Assembly (NCBI RefSeq): GCF_009914755.1
Contig: NC_060930.1
From: the human T2T-CHM13v2.0 reference genome, Homo sapiens
Strand: one strand, 5' to 3'
DNA length: 64,000 nt
The notes below the pieces were generated by a model, which did not search any database, had not been told where the DNA came from, and worked only from the letters and a program-made list of their open reading frames with translations. Positions 1 to 11,587 of the stretch are shown piece by piece (the first letter of the stretch is position 1; every line of letters starts with the position of its first letter). Made by a program: the position numbers and the translations under genes.

Positions 1-239
1 ATATTTCAAAACTTGAAAAGAACTTTGCCTTCATCTCCTTTGTAGTTTACAGTCATTGCCATTGGCATTTTAAAATAATGAATGCTTATAATCACGGTTT
101 TAACACAGAATACAATTTTTGGAAGATATCAGATGTTCGAACAGCAGCATACTAGTTGTGGGCTTATAGCTTTTAAGAATAAATTATGCTGCATGTGTTT
201 TGAGAATGTAAAGGTTCATTAAAAAAAACAGTCACAGTT

Positions 240-540
<301 letters not shown>

Positions 541-2139
541 CTCAGAGTTTGTGCAGCTGACCTCAGGCCCAACTAACTTATAAGAAAGCAATAACATTTA
601 TTTTAGCTAAACAATTAGGTACTTGCCTAGTAAAACCTTTTAAAGTAATTACAAAATACATACTATCTTTTAGTTCCACCATCACCAAAGCATCAATACT
701 ATTAATGTAACATGGAAATGGTATGCATACAAACTAAAAATGAGAGAGTAAGAAAACAAAGCTGGAACATTGGAACTTTGAGAGAACAAGCATATAAGGA
801 AAGTGTAAACAAACTTTAGGAAATAATATCACAAATTATGGGAAGGGGGGTGTTTAAAGTCAGTATGTTCTATCAATTCTTAATTTTATTTAGTTAATAT
901 AGACATAAAACAAACATTTGGTTTTTGGAATTCCCTAATTATGTTTTAAATTATATATTTTAAGAACTTTTAAACATTGAATCCCTTAGAGCAATAGTAA
1001 ATATTTTTAAACCCCAAGAAAATATCTCAGACCTCAGCATCTGGTAAGATGCAATAATATACATTTGTTTATTATTCATTTAAAATGAAATTTGCTGGTT
1101 TCATTTGATTTTCTTCTGGAAAGATTAAACTACTACATATATTTAGACAGATATCTTGAATCCCACATTTAGTAATAAGCTGTGTTTTTTTCTCTGCAAA
1201 ACATCAAAGGCATAAATGAATAATCTGTGATTCTTCTAATAGCATCTCCATTATTAAAATAAGTTGCCAAAAATTGTTATTGAATTCAGTTTAACATTTA
1301 CTTTAAAAAGTAAAGTTGAGCCTGACAGACATGAGGATTTTAGGAATATTTTGCCATCTAATTTGAAAAACAAACAAAAATTTTCTCCAATAGTTTGAAA
1401 ACAGAAAGATCTTACACATTAACAATTGAGGCTAGTTTCTCAATACCATCTAGACTTAGAGAAACATCAGCAGAACTGATACTATTAGGGAAAATGACCC
1501 AATTTGGAGAATGCTGAGTAATAACACTCTACAATCTGCTTGATAGATATGAATTGGATGAGAGTAAAATATGAAATAGTGTGTCATCCAGTGCCCTCAA
1601 CTTCTCTCGTCCACTTCTGATAATCAGTTAATCAGAGTTCATCCCACTTGTCAAAATACCTCAGCATTAAGATGACAAATGATGGAAGTAGAAACAGAGA
1701 CAATGATAGGAGACGATGAATGCACTGAGAGCAGCTGAGAGGGCACTAATATCTCATAAGAGAGAGAACAAGAAGGGCTAAACAGAGAGAACTGACAGAA
1801 CTCCAAGCAGTAATTTCCTTGTTGTTGATTTTTGTTTTGTTTTGTTTTTAAACATAGCAGATAAATTGCAATGAAAGGGAGTGGCAGGCTGCTGCCCTGT
1901 TAGGGAACCAGTGAATGCAACAAATGTTAGATTTACACAGATTTCTTAAGAGGGGCCCAAGTGAGGTCGTGACATACAACAGGAGAGCTTGTTAAAGCTC
2001 ACACCTATACAGTGTGCAAAGTCATGAATAGGATAAGTTTTAATTTTTTGAAGTGTATTATCCAATTATCTTCTCCAAAGCATTCCCCTCAGTTTTCATC
2101 TCCTTAAGAAGGCACTGCCTTTAAAACACATTACAAGAA

Positions 2140-3020
2140 AAATATCCAGAATCTGCAAGGAACTTAAACAAATTTACAAGAAAAAATCAAACAACCCCAT
2201 CAAAAAGTGGGCAAAGGATATGAACAGACACTTCTCAAAGGAAGATATTTATGTGGCCAAAAACATATGAAAAAAAGCTCATTATGACCGGTCATTAGAG
2301 AAATGCAAATCAAAACCACAATGAGATACCATCTCACACCAGTTAGAATGGCGATCATTAAAAAGTCAGGAAACAACAGATGCTGGAGAGGATGTAGAGA
2401 AATAGGAATGCTTTTACACTGTTGGTGGGAGTGTAAATTAGTTCAACCATTGTGGAAAACAGTGTGACGATTCCTCAAGAATCTAGAACCAGAGACACCA
2501 TTTGACACAGCAATCCCATTACTGGGTATATACCCAAAGGATTATATCATTCTACTATAAAGACACATGCACACATATGTTTACTGCAGCACTACTCACA
2601 ATAGCAAAGACTCAGAACCAACCCAAATGCCCATCAGTGACAGACTGGATAAAGAAAACATGGCACATATACACCATGGAATACTATGCAGCCATAAAAA
2701 AGGATGAGTTCGTGTCCTTTTCAGGGACATGTATGAAGCTGGAAACCATCATTCTCAGAAAACTAACAAAGGAACAGAAAACCAAACACTGCATGTTCTC
2801 ACTCATTAATGGGAAGTGAACAATGATAACACATGGACAAAGGGAGGGGAACACCACATATCAGGGCCTGTTGGGGAGTGAGGCTAGGGGAGGGATAGCA
2901 TTAGGAAAGATACCTAATGTAGATGACGGGTTGTTGGGTGCAGCAAACTACCATGGCATGTGTATACCTATGTAACAAACCTGCACGTTCTGCACATGTA
3001 TCCCAGAATTTAAAGTATAA
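2140..3020 (+). mobile_element. 5'-truncated L1PA 3' end (ORF2 C-terminus + 3'UTR; approx. L1PA6-8)
   Basis: ORF 2502-2819 matches the ORF2p C-terminus (KDTCTHMFTAALLTIAKT..PKCPS..WIKKTWHIYTMEYYAAIKKDEF). Typical 3'UTR ending CCCAGAATTTAAAGTATAA. Confidence 0.95.
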
Positions 3021-4104
3021 CTTTTTAAAAAGTATCTTTCATTCAGAAAAGATTTTGTTTTGTTTTGTTTCCAGGGTAGCAATTCTAATTTATTTTCTTG
3101 TCCATAAAGGAAAACCCAAAAAGAACTGGACTTGAGAGAATTTTCCTTCATAATTTCAAACTATTTGCATGAACTTTCGGTTCATCCCCCTTCCTTCATT
3201 TCTCTTTGACTATCAATAGTGTCTAGTATTATGATTATTCTTAAATTAATATTTCGTCTTTTTGATTAACACAATAAAACAGTAAGGCTTTCTGACTTGG
3301 AACTCTTCACAAAAGAATACCACCAGAAGAAAGAAAATGTAATTGGCTAAATGGAAAGTACTCACTTGAAAGCCAGTGAAAGCACACTGTAGCCATATCT
3401 TCAGGTGTACTTTTATTCATTTTCTTTATATTTACCTATCAATCATGTTATATTTTCTTTCCTCCATTTCAAAAGACTTTCTGAAATCCACTATGGATAC
3501 CACTGCTTCCATGTTAGGTACTGATGCAGATGGCAGTTCAAGAGTAGTTGGCTTAATTTTTGATTATGTACTTTTAAATTTATACTCAGATTCAAATTCA
3601 GATGAAGCCAATAGTCATAAAAATCTGACGGAAGGAAGCCTGGAAAGTACCTAGTTATCAGGGATTTTAACATGATATACTGTATATGAAAGCTCTTGAT
3701 AGTCTTATATTTTTCCTTTTCATGCACAATAATAATACCTGACAAAATTTAGACTGGCACAAGTATATTGTCTGTCAAAGATGCTTCAGGATTTATTTGG
3801 CTCTTAGTCAACTCACATTACTACAAGCTCTTTGATACACAGAGCACAAAACAGCTTAACATTGTTGCTATTAGTGCTCAAACCACACTGAAAACACTTC
3901 ATTAAACAGCCTACTGCAGTGTAATTGTTTAATAATATTTTGATTAGGTTGTTTAGCAGACAATCTATGCTGTAAAACATTTTCTTGCTGTCAAGTGAAT
4001 CACTGGTAAAAAGGCTACTGCAAAATACTTAAGAGAATCTCTTAAGAAAGAAATCATAGTGGGGAAAAAAGAAACACCTAAGTCATTCTATTCTTATTAC
4101 CTAC

Positions 4105-4573
4105 TGTATTAGTTTCCTATAGCTGCTGTAACAAATTACTTCAAATTTAGTGGCTTAAAACTACACATATTATCTTACAGTTCTGGAAATCAGAAGTCTG
4201 ACATGGGTCTCACTGAGCTAAACTTAGGGTTTGCAGTGCTGCATTCCTTTCTGAAGAAGAATCCATTTCCTTGTACTTCCTTGCTTCCAAAGGCTTCGCC
4301 CATTTCTTGACTCAGGGTTCACTTCCTCCATCTTTCAACCCAGTAATGGACAGTGGGATGTTTCTCACATTGCAAAACTGACACTTGACTCTCTTGCCTC
4401 CCTCCTCCATTTGTAAGAACCCTTTAGCCCACCCAAATAAGCAACAATAATCTTATTTTAAGGTCATCAGATTGCTAACCTTGATTTCCCCTTGTCATGT
4501 AACACATGTATTTACAGATTCCAGGTATTGAAACAATTATATCTTTGGGGAGGCCTTTGTTCTGCCTGCCACA
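4105..4573 (-). mobile_element. MLT1 (MLT1C/D-like) MaLR solo LTR
   Basis: TGTATTAGTTTCCTATAGCTGCTGTAACAAATTAC...TTAGTGGCTTAAAAC at the left end and TTCTGCCTGCCACA at the right end, the reverse-strand MLT1 termini. Confidence 0.85.
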
Positions 4574-5619
4574 ACCACCATATGGCTTCATGAAAGTTAA
4601 CTCAATTTTCACACAGAAACACGTTGCTTTGGGAGAGTGAAGTGGTTAGTTTAAGGGGAGTGTTGTACCTTGTACATCTGTTCCTTGGTCACCCCCATTT
4701 TAGCACAGAATCTGATTTCCAGGGTTAATGTCAAGGCTGTAGTCGTTCTGAACCTTTCGATTAAAAAATGCTTATTAGATTCTTAACATGTGAAAGATAG
4801 TAGTCTGTTAGCTATCATTATAATGGTGACTACTCACAAGAAGAAAAAAGGGGATCTCATTCCCCTTTGATATTCTCTCTACTAAATACAAATACAATGT
4901 GGCTCTGAAGAATACAGACATAGACTTACACGGTTTTCAACAGCTCTGCTTTCGTAACAATTATAATTTTCAAACTTTTTCACTTACTCTTGAGAGGTGA
5001 CAACGTGCTGGCGGCCCTCGCTCCTTCTCAGCGCCTCCTCGGCCTCGGCGTCCGCTCTGGTCAGGCTTGAGGAGCCCTTCAGCCCGCCGCTGCACTGTGG
5101 GACGCCCCTCTCTGGGCTGGCCAAGGTTGGAGCTGGCCCCCTCTGCTTACGTGGAGGTGTGGAGGCAGAGACGCAGGCGGGAACTGGGGCTGCGCGCAGC
5201 GTTCGCGGGCCAGCGTGAGTTCCGGGTGGGCGTGGGGCTCCGCGCCCCGCACTCACTCGGAGCCGCCCTCCGTCGCCGCCAGCCCCGGGCAGTGAGGGGC
5301 TTAGCACCCAGGCCAGCAGCTGCGGAGGGGGCGCCCGGTCCCCCAGCACTGCCGTCCCTCGTGCGCAGTGCTCGAATTCTCGCTGGGCCTCAGCCGCCTC
5401 CCCATGGGGTAGGGCTGGGACCTGCAGCCCGCCATGCTCCAGCTCCCCCAAGATGGGCTCCTGCGCGCCTCCCTGAAGGGCACCGCCCCTGTGCCGCAGC
5501 AACCGGTCCCATCCGCCTAAGGGCTGAGGAGTGCATGCGCATGGCGCGGGACTGGCAGGCAGCTCCACCCCTGGGCGCGGCATCCACTAGGCGAAGCCAG
5601 CTGGGCTCCTGAGTCCAGG

Positions 5620-6245
5620 TGGGGACTTGGGGAACTTTTATGTCTAGCTGAAGGATTGTAAATGCACCAATCAGCACTCTGTGTCTAGCTTGGGGTTTGT
5701 AAATGCACCAATCAGTGCTCTGTGTCTAGCTAATCCGGTGGGGACTTAGAGAACTTTTATGTCTAGCTAGAGGATTGTAAATGCACCCATCAGCACCCTG
5801 TGTCTAGCTCAAGGTTTGTAAATATACCAATCAGTGCTCTGTGTCTAGCTAATCTAGTGGGGACTTGGAGAACATTTACGTCTAGCTAAGGGATTATAAA
5901 TACACCAATCAGCACTCTGTGTCTAGCTCAAGGTTTGTAAATGCACCAATCAGCACCCTGTGTCTAGCTCAATGTTTGTAAATGCACCAATCAGTGCTCT
6001 GTGTCTAGTTAATCTAGTAGGGACTTGGAGAACTTTTACTTCTAGCTAAAGGATTGTAAATACACCAATCAGTGCTCTGTGTCTAGCTCAGGGATTGTAA
6101 ACGCACCAATCAGCACCCTGTCAAAACAGACCAATCAGCTCTCTGTGAAATGGACCAATCAGCTCTCTGTAAAGTGGGCCAATCAGCAGGATGTGGATGG
6201 GGTCAGATAAGGGAATAAAGGCGGGCTGCCCAAGCCAGCACTGGC
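5620..6245 (+). promoter_or_regulatory. LTR12 U3 enhancer/promoter: CCAAT (NF-Y) tandem array, GATA site, TATA-like AATAAA
   Basis: 11 exact CCAAT boxes plus one CCCAT variant in TGTCTAGCT...TGTAAATGCACCAATCAG repeats. AGATAA at 6205-6210 and AATAAA at 6214-6219. This is the known ERV9 LTR architecture; activity is not shown by the sequence. Confidence 0.8.
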
Positions 6246-6298
6246 AACCTGCCGCGTCGCCTTCCACAGCATGGAAGCTTTGTTCTTTTGCTCTTTGC

Positions 6299-6304
6299 AA
6301 TAAA
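6299..6304 (+). terminator. LTR12 R-region polyadenylation signal
   Basis: TTGC-AATAAA-TCTTGC at the usual LTR12 position. Confidence 0.65.
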
Positions 6305-7167
6305 TCTTGCTGCTGCTCACCCTTTGGGTTTGCACTGCTTTTATGAGCTGTAACACTCACCGCAAAGGTCTGCAGCTTCACTCCTGAGGCCAGCGAGACC
6401 ATGAACCCACAGGGAGGAATGAACAACTCTGGAGGGGAGAAACAAACAACTCCACACGTGCTGCCTTAGGAGCTGTAACACTCACCGCAAAGGTCTGCAG
6501 CTTCACTCCTGAAGCCAGCGAGACCACAAACCCACCAGAAGGAAGCAACTCCGAACATCAGAAGGAACAAAGTCCGGACACAACATCTTTAAGAACTGTA
6601 ACACTCACCACGAGGGTCCGCAGCTTCATTCTTGAAGTCAGTGAGACCAACAACCCACCAATTCCAGACACACTCTGAGTGCTGGCTTCAAAGAGGAGAA
6701 AGCTTTAGTGCCATACAAAAGGGTGAGTAGTTTTCATGATGTCAATGCATGTTAACTGAAAATGTCTGCATGACACTTTGCTCAGTAAACAATGGAAATG
6801 TTTCCTACTTTTTTGGGATGGTAGGCAAATATATGCCAATTTTTGGAACCCAATAAAATATTTTTGTTTATAGAATCACCAATTTCAGAATAATAAGGTA
6901 CTTTAAATATCATGTATAAAAATTTCTTAATCTCACCAATTTGTGATCAAACTGGTTTTGAACATTCTCAAGGTAGAGGAAATTGATATTTCTGAAAACT
7001 TGTTCCATCTTCCTTGTATCTTCATATTAAAGCCAATTCTTTTTCCTTATAATTTATTTTATTCTGCTTAGTAAAGTTTGACTCTGTAATGAGTATATGG
7101 AACAATTCTAATATCTGTTCTGATGACACCCCTAATATATATGTGTGTGTATATATATACATATAAA

Positions 7168-7516
7168 TTTTTTTTTTTGAGTTGGAGTCTTGCTCTGTCA
7201 CCCAGGCTGGAGTGCAGTGGCGCGATCTCGGCTCACTGCAAGCTCCACCCCTCCGGCTCACTGCAAGCTCCGGCTCACTGCAAGCCCCAGCTCACTGCAA
7301 GCTCCACCCCTCCAGTTCACGCCATTCTCCTGCCTCAGCCTCCCAAGTAGCTGGGACTCCAGGCTCCTGCCACCATGCCCAGATAATTTTTTGTATTTTT
7401 AGTAGAGACGGGATTTCACCATGTTAGCCAGGATAGTCTCAATCTCCTGACCTCGTGATCCTCCCGCCTCGGCCTCAAAGTGCTGGGATTGCAGGCATGA
7501 GCCACTGTGCCCGGTC
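7168..7516 (-). mobile_element. AluY with internal tandem expansion
   Basis: Poly(T) at 7168-7178, Y-type GCAAGCTCC / TTCACGCCATTCTCC, ends GCCCGGTC. About 59 extra bp at 7230-7313. Confidence 0.93.
7230..7313. repeat. Alu-derived minisatellite, 4 units (25+17+17+25 bp), core GCTCACTGCAAGC
   Basis: Units start at 7230, 7255, 7272 and 7289. Confidence 0.92.
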
Positions 7517-9080
7517 ATAAAAATATTTTTAAAAAGTTAAAATCTATACCCTGGGATAGAATAAACATTCCCAATCCCTATTAAAGCTTGGAGTCTAATT
7601 ACTTCATCAGCCTGGTCACATATATTTGAATACGGTTCAGTTTATGTCAGTATTTCCCTTAAAGTCTTATTTGTGGAAGGAAACACTGTTCTAAATGTGG
7701 TCTAAGCAGATTTTCCCACCCCTGTTCTTAGATACTGCATTTTCATTTGACATTGACAAAAATCCTGTTAGTGGTATAAACCACCACCATTCACTTTTTA
7801 TTTTATGATGTATTTTTCAGTAATTTTGCTAGTGTTTTATTTTGCTTTTTACATCATTTTATTTACTTGTGCTGTTGTTCTTTTTTATCCTCTATTAGTA
7901 TTATTAGATTTTGTCTCTCATTAATTTACTTTATTTTCTTTTATTTTCAATCTGAAACACAAAACTTTACATTTGACTTCATTTAACTTCATTTTATTGG
8001 ATGTACTCCAAGCTAGATGAGAGCTTTTGAGATATTGATTGTCTAACGCAAAACTATGCAGTTACCTTTTTATAGTCAAGTTAGCCACACAGTTGATTAA
8101 ATGCCCTGGATATCATCACAGAAACAATAGATAAAAAGTTGAATGAGATTAGTCCAAAAAATATAAACAAGGCTGCTCTCCAAGTTCATGAAGCAGCATA
8201 CTTCCTGCAAAGGCTTTCTTACTCACCCAACTGAAATATTGGCTCTTGCAATAATTTTTAAACACCAATTCATTTTTAATTTAGGTTCCTCACCACTTTT
8301 CACATAAAACTGCATGTAAAATTCTGGTGAGAAATACTGGCCACTTAACTGTTTCTTGATGTCAAATGTCATGCTGAGATGTGAAACTATGACATTATCA
8401 GTATGTATTATGCAAAATTTCTACTCCTTAGTCTAATTCAAAATTACAATCATAGAACCTGGAATACATTTGAATGTAGCCAGTTCTTCCTGTTGCCTTA
8501 CGAATTATTATGAATGTTAGTCTCCAAACTGTCAGGCAATTATAAATTTCAAAATGAATTTGATGAAAGGTTGTAAGAATTTGTGACTTTTATAACTGAT
8601 ACTGTATTATCCGTATATAAATTGTATTTTGATGTAAGATGTAAATTATATTTTGATGTAAAATGTAAAAGGTAAGGGCATTAGAAGGGAGGATCTGCTA
8701 TCGCTTATGTGAAAATCTGCTAGTCTCTTGGGAGCTACCAAGATTTTACCTGTCATTGAGCTATGCCATGAGCAGAATATTTTTAAAAGATTTAAACTAC
8801 AAAACCTCTTACTGACTTTCATATAATGTCATTCATTTACATATCCATGCATATATTAATATGTGTCTTAATGTGATAGAGACAAAAGACCATTTAAAGG
8901 CACAGTTCAGTTAATAATAAACACATTTAAACCAACACTCTTTTTTACCTATTGAACAAAAATTATTAGAATTTTTAAGTGTACCTGTTGAAATAGATAA
9001 CTATCCATTACTAAAATGAAAAAGAAATGTTTTATCTATTAATATATTACCATCAGTGGTGGGCAATAATATTTAAAGAC

Positions 9081-9248
9081 TTTTTTCGTATTTGTTAATT
9101 GATATATCATAGCTGTACATATTTAGGAGTGTATGTGATATTTTGATACACATATGCAATGTGTAATGATCAAATCATGGTAACTGGAATATCTATTACC
9201 TAAAGCACTTATCTTTTCTTTTTGTTGGGAACATTACATTCTTTCTAT
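9081..9248 (-). mobile_element. L1MA 3'-end fragment
   Basis: GTACATATTTAGGAGTGTATGTGATATTTTGATACA...ATGTGTAATGATCAAATCA..GTAACTGGAATATC is the reverse of the L1MA 3' terminus. Confidence 0.8.
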
Positions 9249-11560
9249 CCTTTAAGTCTTCTACCTTGCTTTAAAATGTTGGACTCTATTATCTAAAGAT
9301 AATCTAGAAAAAGGAATCTGAATTGGGGTTTTTAGTTTACCAATATATTTAGTATGTTAAATGCATTCAACATAAGAGGAAAGGTGTGTGCTTCAAATGA
9401 GAAAAGCCTTGTTCTTGTTAGGAAGAGCTTTATATGTGGAATTTAGAAAGTTTGTAGAGTCTGCTTTGGTTATGAGAAAGATTTAGAAAGATAAGCTTTC
9501 CCAGAAATTTGGATAACAGGCTGAGATACAAGCAACATTACAACACTAAAAGTCATCATGATTTATCTCCTTCTCACTACAGTTTTATTATTTATATCCT
9601 AATGTATTTAGGAATAGTTTAATGTTGGACATGTTTTTGTAAAAGGGATCTGCTAGTTACATAATATTTATGGAATCTTAAATGGTTAAATTTGATTTCA
9701 TACACACACATATATACCCAACATACAGTTCTCAGAGCTTTACAATATCTGTTTTATTTGATTAAATTGTTTAATTCATTTATTTTGTACATGATTATTA
9801 CCAAATAGCATGTACTATAAGTAAACAAGAGCCAGTGTAACTGTACATTTATCATGAATAAATATATTGCATATAAAATATGAAGAATTAAGCTGATTAC
9901 CCAAGTCATTGGCTGACATTAAAAGAAAACACATGTGATGAATTGTATAGAATGATTATTAAGCTGACAAAATTCTAGAAAAACAAATTAACCCACGATG
10001 TGCAGTCATCCCTACATCCTCATGAATTGAACATTAACTATAACTGCTCCCAAATGGAAGTCTTTAAATGATTGTGGCTCCAGCTTGAAATAAAAGTAAA
10101 GTGATAACACATTTTTTGTTGTTTCAGAATCTTAAACTAGTACGGTAAAATATGCTGCAGTATTTCATTCGGTTTTTAATTCGCTAGCCGGTGAGCAGTT
10201 AATCATGTTTAAAAATCATTATTTAACTTTTACCTAATGGTCTCAAGTCTTAGAGTGCTTCACAAAATACATTCGGTCAAAATCTAAATCTAATTACAGT
10301 AGTTCATTTAACTAAAACATAACAGGGGAAATGTCACTGATTTAATATCACTCTTTCCAGTAGTAAATACATGCATGACTAATGAATAGTTTAATTAACG
10401 ACCATGAACATTATTTAACAAATATAACAAATCAAACATAACTCTTCAGATGGGACAAGATTAATCCAGCCTTGAAAAGTTATCAGATCAGTACTGTGGG
10501 GAACTTGTCATATTCTCATTTGAGAAAAAAATGATTTTAATTTTTTAATTACATAATTGGACAGCCATTTTTTTCATAATTCATTTAAATTTGGATTTTT
10601 TTATTATACTTTAAGTTCTAGGGTACATATGCACAACGTGCAGGTTTGTTACATAGGTATACATGTGCCATGTTGTTTTGCTGCACCCATTAACTCGTCA
10701 TTTGCATTAGGTATTTCTCCCAATGCTATCCCTTCCCCAGCCCCCAACCCCATGACAGGCCCTGGTGTGTGATGTTCCCCGCCCTATATCCAAGTGTTCT
10801 TATTATTCAATTCCCACCTATGAGTGAGAGCATGCGGTGTTTGGTTTTCTCTTCTTGTGTGACTTTGCTGAGAATGATGGTTTTTAGTTTCATCCATGTC
10901 CCTGCAAAGGACAAGAACTCATCATTTTTTATGGCTGCATAGTATTCCATGGTTATGTGCACCACATTTTGTTAATACAGTCTGTCACTGATGGACATTT
11001 GGGTTGGTTCCAAGTCTTTGCTATTGTGAATAGTGCTGCAATAAATATGTGTACATGTGTCTTAATAGCAGCATGATTTATAATCCTTTGGGTATATACC
11101 CAGTAATGGGATCGCTGGGTCAAATGGTATTTCTAGTTCTAGATCCTTGAGGAATCTCCACACTCTTTTCCACAATGGTTGAACTAATTCACACTCCCAC
11201 CAACAGTGTAAAAGCATTCCTATTTCTCCACATCCTCTCTAGCATCTGTTGTTTCCTGACTTTTTAATGATCATCATTCTAACTGGTGTGAGATGGTGTC
11301 TCATCGTGGTTTTGATTTGCATTTCTCTGATGACCACTGATGAGCATTTTTTCATGTGTCTGTTGGCTGCATAAATGCCTTCTTTTGAGAAGTGTCTGTT
11401 GATATCCTTTGCCCACTTTTTGATGGGAATGTTTGTTTTTTCTTGCAAATTTGTTTAAGTTCTTTGCAGATTTCAGATATTAGCCCATTGTCAGATGGGT
11501 AGATTGCAAAACTTTTCTCCCATTCTGTAGGTTGTCTCTTCACCCTGGTAGTTTCTTTTG

Positions 11561-11587
11561 TTTAATTTAATTTAATTTAATTTAATT
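11561..11587. repeat. (TTTAA)5 microsatellite within L1
   Basis: tttaatttaatttaatttaatttaatt. Confidence 0.9.

Larger units (their letters stand above)
4991..6672 (+). mobile_element. ERV9 solo LTR (LTR12C/D/E group), complete
   Basis: Runs TGAGAGGTGACAACGTGCTGGC ... CCAATTCCAGACACA with a perfect 4-bp TSD CTCT (4987-4990, 6673-6676). GC/CpG-rich 5' U3, tandem CCAAT repeats, three U5 repeats (CTGTAACACTCACC...GGTC.GCAGCTTCA). Confidence 0.97.

Noticed and set aside
3366-3654. 92-aa + ORF and a possible 285-nt minus-strand exon (AG at 3652-3651, GTGAGT at 3365-3360)
   Set aside because: GTG start and no recognisable domain. The minus-strand acceptor has a weak pyrimidine tract and the protein-like frame has several stops. 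I cannot support it without a homology search.
4984-5677. Overlapping 181-199 aa ORFs and a CpG-island-like segment
   Set aside because: Entirely within the GC-rich LTR12 U3, where stops are rare; not a host gene promoter or CDS.
5620-6190. Regular repeat array superficially like a CRISPR array
   Set aside because: The intervening segments are themselves repeats rather than unique spacers; this is the known ERV9 U3 tandem array in a primate genome.
7530-8200. Possible CR1/L3 relics (also ~16100-16340 and ~39640-40110)
   Set aside because: Only faint resemblance; boundaries and family cannot be supported by eye.
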